Shown here: piece after piece, positions 34,404 through 40,000 of the stretch
Layout of the letters: each line of letters starts with the position of its first letter
How positions within the stretch are numbered: position 1 is the stretch's first letter
Assembly (NCBI RefSeq): GCF_046156265.1
Contig: NZ_JAWDIR010000046.1
Coordinates: 91,358-131,357 of the forward strand
Direction: 5' to 3'
From: Pseudoxanthobacter sp. M-2
GTDB lineage: Bacteria > Pseudomonadota > Alphaproteobacteria > Rhizobiales > Segnochrobactraceae
DNA length: 40,000 nt
The notes under the pieces: model-generated
Seen by the model: the letters and a program-made list of their open reading frames with translations, nothing else
Database searches by the model: none
Told to the model about the DNA's origin: nothing
Translations under genes and position numbers: made by a program

Positions 34404-35090
34404 ATGCGCCTGACGATGAGCACCCTGATCGCCGCCGCCCTCGCCGCCACGTTCGCGGCGGCGCCGGCGAAGGCCGCGGAGGCGACGGCGACGTCGCTCC
34501 TGTTCGAGAATGCACACTTCAACACGCTGCCGGACGGCACGGTGCTGTCCTACCGTTATGAGCGCGACACCGTCGACCCGGCCAAGCTCGGCGGCGCCTT
34601 CGAGGACGACATCAAGCTGACGCTCGGCACGCCGGGTCCCGACGGTCGGCGGGAGATCGTCGTGCAACTGTTCTCCGGCGATCGCCGCAAGCCGGCCGGG
34701 CCGTTCTCGCAGATGCTCGGCAATCCGCTGGTGATGCTGTTCCTCGAGGCGGACGTGAACGTCATGAAGGAACTCGTCGGCGGCAATCCGCGCTATCTGC
34801 GCAACAAGATCCGCGCGGCCTTCCGCGACGCCGGCAACGTCGAGGCGACGACGGTCACCGTCGACGGCGTCGAGGTGCCGGCGGAGCGCATCCGCCTGAA
34901 GCCGTTCGCCGACGACGTCCATCGCGCCGAGCTCGGGGCCTTCGTGGAGAAGACCTATGAGTTCGTCGTGTCCGACAAGGTGCCGGGCTCGCTCGTGCTC
35001 CTGCGCGCCGTCACCCCCCAGCTCGCCGGAACGGGCGAGCCCTATCTCGAGGAGGAGATCCGCTATGTCGGTGCCGCTCCCAAAGGCTGA
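34404..35090 (+). CDS. Secreted hypothetical protein (signal peptide, no domain recognised)
   Basis: GGAG at 34394-34397 before the ATG at 34404. Signal peptide MRLTMSTLIAAALAATFAAAPAKA|AE. Balanced, non-low-complexity composition with G/C-rich third positions. Confidence 0.65.
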   Translation: MRLTMSTLIAAALAATFAAAPAKAAEATATSLLFENAHFNTLPDGTVLSYRYERDTVDPAKLGGAFEDDIKLTLGTPGPDGRREIVVQLFSGDRRKPAGPFSQMLGNPLVMLFLEADVNVMKELVGGNPRYLRNKIRAAFRDAGNVEATTVTVDGVEVPAERIRLKPFADDVHRAELGAFVEKTYEFVVSDKVPGSLVLLRAVTPQLAGTGEPYLEEEIRYVGAAPKG

Positions 35091-35442
35091 GGCGCTCGGC
35101 GCCGTCCTCGTCGCGCTGGCCCTCGCCATCGCCGCACCCGCGTCCGCCCAGTCCCCGACGGACTTGCCGAACGACTATCCGACCATCACCCGCGCCGACT
35201 ATGTGTTCGGCTGCATGGCAGCGAACGGCGAGACGCGGACGGCGCTCGAGCGTTGCTCGTGCTCGATCGACGTCATCGCCTCGGTGCTGCCCTATGATCG
35301 CTACGTGCAGGCCGAGACGATCCTCAGCGTCGGCCGCGTCGGGGGCGAGAAGACGTCGATGTTCAAGTCTTCGCCGGTGATGAACAAGATCGTCGCCGAA
35401 CTGCGCCGGGCCCAGGCGGAGGCGGAGATCCGCTGCTTCTGA
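35065..35442 (+). CDS. Secreted 4-Cys hypothetical protein (signal peptide)
   Basis: GGAGGAG at 35051-35057 lies 7 nt before the ATG at 35065. Signal peptide ...LALAIAAPASA|QS. The mature part has YVFGCMAANG...CSCSIDVIAS...and a C-terminal RCF. Overlaps the preceding gene by 26 nt. Confidence 0.65.
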   Translation: MSVPLPKAEALGAVLVALALAIAAPASAQSPTDLPNDYPTITRADYVFGCMAANGETRTALERCSCSIDVIASVLPYDRYVQAETILSVGRVGGEKTSMFKSSPVMNKIVAELRRAQAEAEIRCF

Positions 35443-35557
35443 CGCCCATCGCCGCTCCTCCGCCTCCACGGCGCCGCCGGCCTCCTCCGGCGGTGGCCGT
35501 GCCCTGCCTTCGCCCCGAGCCGCCGCCCGCCGCCGGGCCGCGGCACAGGATTTCCCC

Positions 35558-36403
35558 ATGACCCGCATCCTGCGGCTCGGCCGGCTGGATCATCCGGTCG
35601 GAACGCGCACCCTCCTGATGGGCATCCTCAACGTCACGCCGGACTCGTTTTCCGACGGCGGCCGCCACGCCGGCGTCGAGGCGGCCGTGGCGCACGCGCG
35701 GCAGATGGTGGGCGAGGGTGCCGACATCATCGACGTCGGTGGCGAATCGACCCGCCCTGGCGCGACCGAGGTCGGTCCCGAGGAAGAACTCGCCCGCATC
35801 ACTCCGGTCATTCCGGCCGTCGCGGCCGCCGTTTCCGTGCCGATCTCGATCGACACCTACAAGGCGGCGGTGGCCGAGCGGGCGCTGTCCTTGGGGGCGA
35901 GCGTTGTCAACGACGTCTGGGGCCTGCAGCGCGAGCCGGAGATCGCCCGCGTCGCGGCCGCCCACGGCGCCGCCGTGATGATCATGCACAACCGCACGAC
36001 GGTCGACGCCACCCTCGACATCGTCGACGAGGTGCGCCGCTTCTTCCTGCGCTCGCTCGTCATCGCCGAGAAGGCGGGCATTCCCGACGACCGGATCGTG
36101 CTCGACCCCGGCATCGGCTTCGGCAAGACGCTCGAGCAGAACGTCGAGCTGATCGCCCGCCTGCCGGCGATCCGCGCCCTCGGGCTGCCGGTGCTGGTGG
36201 GCGCCTCGCGCAAGTCGCTGATCGGCAAGCTGCTCGACCAGCCGATCGGCGACCGGCTCCATGGCACGCTCGCGACCCACATCCTCGCGGTCGCCGGCGG
36301 CGCCGACATCGTGCGCATCCACGACGTGCGGGCCCACTTCGAGGCCTGCCGTATCGCCGACGTGATCTCGCGCGGTGACTTCAAGGGAACACACGCGCGA
36401 TGA
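35558..36403 (+). CDS. folP: Dihydropteroate synthase (bacterial FolP type)
   Basis: LMGILNVTPDSFSDGG, ADIIDVGGESTRPGA, ISIDTYK, VNDVWG, LDPGIGFGKT, and GASRKS are the canonical DHPS motifs. Confidence 0.9.
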   Translation: MTRILRLGRLDHPVGTRTLLMGILNVTPDSFSDGGRHAGVEAAVAHARQMVGEGADIIDVGGESTRPGATEVGPEEELARITPVIPAVAAAVSVPISIDTYKAAVAERALSLGASVVNDVWGLQREPEIARVAAAHGAAVMIMHNRTTVDATLDIVDEVRRFFLRSLVIAEKAGIPDDRIVLDPGIGFGKTLEQNVELIARLPAIRALGLPVLVGASRKSLIGKLLDQPIGDRLHGTLATHILAVAGGADIVRIHDVRAHFEACRIADVISRGDFKGTHAR

Positions 36404-36801
36404 GCGACCAGATCACAGACCAGATCACCCTTGCCAACGTCGCCTACTTCGCCCGCCACGGCCTGCACCCGGAGGAAGAGCGGCTCGGCCAGCGCTTCTA
36501 TGTCGACCTGACGGTGGACATCGACCTGTCGGCGGTGGGGCGAAGCGACGATTTCGCCGACACCGTCGGCTACGACAAGCTGCTCGACGTCGTCGGCGAG
36601 GTGGTCGCGGGCGAGCGGGTGAGCCTCATCGAGGTCCTGGCCGACCGTATCGCCCGCGCGGTGCTCCTGCGCTTCGACAAGATCACCGCGAGCGTCGTCA
36701 CCGTGCGCAAGCCGAGCGCACCGGTCGAGGGCATCCTCGACCACGTCGCCGTGACGGTCCGCCGGCGGCGCGAGGCTCCGGGCGGCTCCGATGCCGCCTG
36801 A
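36400..36801 (+). CDS. folB: Dihydroneopterin aldolase
   Basis: FARHGLHPEEERLGQRFYVDL...DTVGYDKL...LIEVLADRIA...V.VRKPSAP shows the FolB pattern. The start overlaps the folP stop (ATGA). Confidence 0.85.
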   Translation: MSDQITDQITLANVAYFARHGLHPEEERLGQRFYVDLTVDIDLSAVGRSDDFADTVGYDKLLDVVGEVVAGERVSLIEVLADRIARAVLLRFDKITASVVTVRKPSAPVEGILDHVAVTVRRRREAPGGSDAA

Positions 36802-37303
36802 GCCGGTGAAGGTGGAGGCGGCGATCGGGCTCGGCGGCAACGTCGGCGACAAGCGGGCGAACATCGACCGTGCCGTCGAGCGGCTGGCGGCGGTGCCGGG
36901 CGTGCGCGTCGTCGCCCGCTCCGGCTACTACCGGACCGAGCCGTGGGGCATCACCGAGCAGGACTGGTTCCTCAACGCCTGCCTCGTCGTCGAGACGACT
37001 TTGTCGCCGGCCGACCTGCTCGCCGCCTGCCTGGCGGTCGAGACTTCGCTCGGGCGCCGGCGCGCCGAGCGCTGGGGGCCGCGCATCATCGACCTCGACA
37101 TCCTCACCTTCGGCGGCCGCACGATCGACGAGCCAGGTCTCGAGGTCCCACATCCGCGACTGATGGAACGCGCCTTCGTGCTGGCGCCGCTCGCCGAGCT
37201 GCGGCCGGATCTCAGCGTCGGCGGTGTGCGCGTCGCCGATGCGCTCGCCACCGTCGGCGCCGGCGGCGTCGAGCGCCTCGACTGGGACGTGCCGCCGGCG
37301 TGA
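36791..37303 (+). CDS. folK: 2-amino-4-hydroxy-6-hydroxymethyldihydropteridine diphosphokinase (HPPK)
   Basis: IGLGGNVGD...SGYYRTEPWG...FLNACLVVET...WGPRIIDLDIL...LEVPHPRLMERAFVLAPL matches the HPPK signature. Overlaps the folB 3' end by 11 nt. Confidence 0.88.
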   Translation: MPPEPVKVEAAIGLGGNVGDKRANIDRAVERLAAVPGVRVVARSGYYRTEPWGITEQDWFLNACLVVETTLSPADLLAACLAVETSLGRRRAERWGPRIIDLDILTFGGRTIDEPGLEVPHPRLMERAFVLAPLAELRPDLSVGGVRVADALATVGAGGVERLDWDVPPA

Positions 37304-37428
37304 ACCACCGTGCCTTCCCGGATGTCAGCCCGTCGTGATTCGGGCACAATGACGGGACGTGATAGGAATAACTCCACGACAACGACGACGACCGGGGCAG
37401 TGGCATCCCGGCGCGAGGAGGGAACATC

Positions 37429-38346
37429 ATGACGGCGACCGGGCGAAACCTTCAGAGTGCAGCTCTGGCGCTGGCGCTGGTCGCCGGTGGCCTCGGCACG
37501 ACCCTTCTCGTGGCACCCGCCTCGGCCCAGGAGGTAGCTCAGCCGGCCGCCCAGGAGCCGGCCGAGACGACTTGGGAGGCGATCCGGGCCGATGTCGTCG
37601 GCGACACGGCGATCACCGCCGGCGAGGGCATCGTCGAGATCGAGGCGCCCTACCGCGCCCATGACGCCGCCATCGTGCCGATCGACGTCACCGCCCGGCT
37701 GCCCGAGGGGCGGACGGTGAAGCGGATGACGCTCGTCATCGACGAGAACCCGGCCCCCGTCGCCGCCACCTTCACCTTCGGCGAGCCGCAGGCGGAGATG
37801 GCGGTGTCGACGCGCGTGCGCATCAACTCCTACTCGTGGGTGCGCGCCATCGTCGAGGCGGATGACGGCTCGCTCTACATGTCGCGGCGCTATGTGAAGG
37901 CCTCCGGCGGCTGCTCGGCGCCGGCCCTGAAGGACGCCGACGCGGCGCTCGCCCAACTCGGCAAGATGAAGGTCCGCTTCCCCGAGGGCGCGGAAAAGGC
38001 GGCGACCTCGACGCCGGTTGCGGTGCCGTCCGCCAGCACCACGGCGGATGCGGGCGGAGCCAAGCGCCTGAAGGCGCAGATCATGATCCGCCACCCGAAC
38101 TATTCGGGCCTGCAGATGAACCAGCTGACCCAGCTCTACATCCCGGCCCATTTCGTCAACGACATCGAGATCAGCCAGGGCGGCCAGATGCTCCTGAAGA
38201 TGGAGGGCGGCATCTCGCTGAGCGAGGATCCGACCATCGCCTTCGATTTCGTCTCGAACGGCTCGCCGGTGCTGGACGTGAAGGCGATCGACACCGACGG
38301 CCAGGTCTTCTCCGGCGCCTTCCCGGTGGACACGGGCCGCTCGTGA
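37429..38346 (+). CDS. Quinoprotein-dehydrogenase-associated fused SoxY-SoxZ-like carrier protein (periplasmic)
   Basis: Signal peptide ...LLVAPASA|QE. SoxY-like Ig fold (IVEIEAPYRAHDAAIVPIDV; MTLVIDENPAPVAATF) ending in ASGGCSAP (Cys codon 37912-37914). A linker follows, then a SoxZ-like domain (IMIRHPNYSGLQMNQLTQLYIPAHFVNDIEISQGG). Confidence 0.8.
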   Translation: MTATGRNLQSAALALALVAGGLGTTLLVAPASAQEVAQPAAQEPAETTWEAIRADVVGDTAITAGEGIVEIEAPYRAHDAAIVPIDVTARLPEGRTVKRMTLVIDENPAPVAATFTFGEPQAEMAVSTRVRINSYSWVRAIVEADDGSLYMSRRYVKASGGCSAPALKDADAALAQLGKMKVRFPEGAEKAATSTPVAVPSASTTADAGGAKRLKAQIMIRHPNYSGLQMNQLTQLYIPAHFVNDIEISQGGQMLLKMEGGISLSEDPTIAFDFVSNGSPVLDVKAIDTDGQVFSGAFPVDTGRS

Positions 38347-39347
38347 GGCACGCTCTCGCCGCCGCCTCCCTGGCGGCGGCGCTGATGGCGGTGGCGCCGG
38401 TCGAGGCCGTCGCCGCCGCGGACGGCGCCCCGGCCGCCGGCACAGCGAGCCCCCCGGGGGCGTCCGCCCCTCCCACTTCAACCACCGTCGCCCCTCTCGC
38501 GGTCGCAGAGGTGGCGCCCGGCGTGTTCGTCCATGAGGCGCCGTTCGCGCTGATTGCGCCGGCAAACCGCGGCGACATCGCCAACCTCGGCTTCATCATC
38601 GGCGACGACGCGGTCGCGGTGATCGACACCGGCGGCAGCGTCGCCGTGGGACAGGGGCTGCTGGCGGCGGTGCGCGCTCGCACCGACAAGCCAGTGCGCT
38701 ACGTCGTCAACACCCACGTCCACCCGGACCACCTCGCCGGCAACGCCGCCTTCACGGCCGAGGGGGCGAAGATCGTCGGTCACCACAAGCTCGCCCGTGC
38801 GCTGGCCGCCCGCGCGCCCTTCTACCGCGAGCAGGCCGACCGCCAGCTCGCCCCCGCGGATGCTGCGCAGAGCGACTTCCTGCCCCCCGACCTCGCCGTG
38901 GAGGGAACGATGCGCCTCGATCTCGGCGGGCGCGAACTGGTGCTCGAGGCTCATCCGACGGCGCACACCGACGCCGACCTCTCCGTGCTGGACGTCGAGA
39001 CCGGCACCTGGTTCCTCGGGGACCTGCTGTTCGCCGGCCACCTGCCGACGATCGACGGCTCGCTGACCGGCTGGCTGGCCGAGATGGACCGCCTCGCCGA
39101 ACGCCCGGTGGCGCGTGTCGTGCCCGGCCACGGCCCGCGCGTGATGGCCTGGCCGGAGGCGCTGGCGCCACAGCGGCGCTACCTCGCGCGAATCGCCTCC
39201 GACGTCCGGACGCTGATCGCCGAAGGCCGTTCGATCTCTGCTGCGGCGGAGACCGCCGGCCTCAGCGAACGCGAGATGTGGGCGCTGTTCGAGGAGTTCA
39301 ATCCGCGCAATGCGACGGCGGCTTTCCAAGAGCTGGAGTGGGAGTAG
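38343..39347 (+). CDS. Periplasmic metallo-beta-lactamase-fold zinc hydrolase ('quinoprotein relay system' type)
   Basis: GTG start overlaps the carrier gene's stop (GTGA). Signal peptide AAALMAVAPVEA. HVHPDH (HxHxDH) at 38715-38732. Later His/Asp ligand contexts (EAHPTAHTDAD; VVPGHG). Confidence 0.8.
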   Translation: MRHALAAASLAAALMAVAPVEAVAAADGAPAAGTASPPGASAPPTSTTVAPLAVAEVAPGVFVHEAPFALIAPANRGDIANLGFIIGDDAVAVIDTGGSVAVGQGLLAAVRARTDKPVRYVVNTHVHPDHLAGNAAFTAEGAKIVGHHKLARALAARAPFYREQADRQLAPADAAQSDFLPPDLAVEGTMRLDLGGRELVLEAHPTAHTDADLSVLDVETGTWFLGDLLFAGHLPTIDGSLTGWLAEMDRLAERPVARVVPGHGPRVMAWPEALAPQRRYLARIASDVRTLIAEGRSISAAAETAGLSEREMWALFEEFNPRNATAAFQELEWE

Positions 39348-39399
39348 TTCCCGTGCTGAAAGGCAAGAACCCCTCGATTTCAGAGCCGATATAAGGGGA

Positions 39400-39428
39400 T
39401 TGTCACCGGCCTAAGCCTACCATAAGAT
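39400..39428 (+). promoter_or_regulatory. Candidate sigma70-type promoter for the PQQ dehydrogenase gene (TTGTCA-17 nt-TAAGAT)
   Basis: TTGTCA at 39400-39405, a 17-nt spacer, then TAAGAT at 39423-39428, in the only clearly AT-enriched stretch of the 296-bp intergenic region. Implies a 5' leader of about 210 nt. Sequence match only. Confidence 0.3.
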
Positions 39429-39643
39429 CGCTTCAGTTTCCGACTGCAGCGGCGACCCGTTTGGGAGCGGGCCGTCCGGTTCGAAGGCCGAGCGGGCGCC
39501 ATGCCCAGCGACAATGACCGGACAAAGTCCGGCAGGCCGTGACACGCTGTCGGGAGCGTTGGTCCCAATAACAGGAAGTCGGCGGGTGTGCGCCTGTGCG
39601 TACGCGCGTGTCGACTCTCGGGAAAACGCAAGGAGGAACTGGC

Positions 39644-40000
39644 ATGAGGCGATCCGCTTGGTCGTCCATGGTGGCGGCCCTGCCGCTCATGGTCACCGCG
39701 CCTGCTCTGGCGAACGACGACCTGATGAAGCTGATCGACGACCCCAACCAGTGGGTCATCCAGACCGGCGACTACGCCAACACCCGCTACTCGAAGCTCG
39801 ACCAGATCAACAAGAGCAACGTCAAGGATCTTCAGGTCGCCTGGACGTTCTCGACGGGTGTGCTGCGCGGTCACGAGGGCTCGCCTCTCGTCATCGGCAA
39901 CATGATGTACGTCCATACGCCGTTCCCCAACATCGTCTATGCGCTCGACCTCGACAAGGAAGCGCAGATCGTCTGGAAGTATGAGCCCAAGCAGGATCCG
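39644..40000 (+). CDS. PQQ-dependent methanol/ethanol-family dehydrogenase (XoxF/MxaF family), N-terminal fragment running off the window
   Basis: This ORF is absent from the track because it has no stop in the window. AAGGAGGA SD precedes the ATG at 39644. MRRSAWSSMVAALPLMVTAPALA|NDDLMKLIDDPNQWVIQTGDYANTRYSKLDQINKSNVKDLQVAWTFSTGVLRGHEGSPLVIGNMMYVHTPFPNIVYALDL matches the N-terminal propeller blades of XoxF/MxaF. Confidence 0.9.
   Translation, partial: MRRSAWSSMVAALPLMVTAPALANDDLMKLIDDPNQWVIQTGDYANTRYSKLDQINKSNVKDLQVAWTFSTGVLRGHEGSPLVIGNMMYVHTPFPNIVYALDLDKEAQIVWKYEPKQDP

Noticed and set aside
33879-39329. Long minus-strand ORFs (33879-35129, 35363-36394, 35857-36864, 36928-38565, 38478-39329)
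   Set aside because: They are antisense to the response regulator, the secreted hypotheticals, folPBK, the SoxYZ-like gene and the MBL gene. Compositions are low complexity, and no start or SD context is better than that of the sense genes.
39478-39485. GGTTCGAA, a T-loop-like motif that might indicate a tRNA or tmRNA in the xoxF upstream region
   Set aside because: The flanking bases do not form a T-stem (CCGG versus GGCC are not complementary). No acceptor or anticodon arms could be folded around it.
39501-39542. 13-codon ORF (MPSDNDRTKSGRP) in the dehydrogenase leader, considered as a pqqA-like precursor peptide
   Set aside because: It lacks the Glu-x3-Tyr core of PqqA, has no convincing SD, and has no pqqB-E genes nearby.
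39514-39984. 156-aa plus-strand ORF listed in the track at the right edge
   Set aside because: It is off-frame to the real gene. The frame starting at ATG 39644 gives a textbook XoxF/MxaF N-terminus with a signal peptide and a strong SD, while this ORF translates to Arg/Pro-rich sequence.

Overview
Very GC-rich (about 70% by eye, not computed) alphaproteobacterial chromosome segment. The gene content fits a Hyphomicrobiales-type methylotroph.

Positions 1-19.3 kb are ordinary housekeeping and envelope genes:
- an amine-oxidase fragment
- the hflK-hflC-DUF2065-degP block
- a PQQ sugar dehydrogenase
- an MloK1-like K+ channel
- argE
- an RND efflux adaptor and pump
- an orphan transglutaminase
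- the rpsA-sppA-ihfB-lapA-like block
- an ornithine-cyclodeaminase-family gene

Positions 19.3-40 kb are a methylotrophy island:
- a minus-strand cluster: mptG, then mtdB / ATP-grasp / mch / RimK-like / CitG-like
- a plus-strand PCD-like gene followed by translationally coupled fhcB-A-D-C
- two tandem paralogous small 4-Cys ORFs
- a histidine kinase plus OmpR-type regulator
- two overlapping secreted hypotheticals
- folP-folB-folK
- a fused SoxY-SoxZ-like carrier plus a periplasmic metallo-beta-lactamase hydrolase
- the 5' end of a XoxF/MxaF-family PQQ dehydrogenase

I recognised no rRNA, tRNA, CRISPR array, transposase or phage gene.

The best candidates for undescribed biology are:
1. the SoxYZ-like carrier / MBL pair upstream of the quinoprotein dehydrogenase
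2. the tandem small 4-Cys paralogs with a sigma54-like motif upstream
3. the two-component system plus the two secreted hypotheticals
4. the ATP-grasp and CitG-like cofactor-biosynthesis ORFs, whose biochemistry I believe is still largely unresolved

Many long ORFs in the six-frame track are antisense or off-frame artefacts of high GC and were rejected. All family assignments come from reading motifs by eye. No database search was run.
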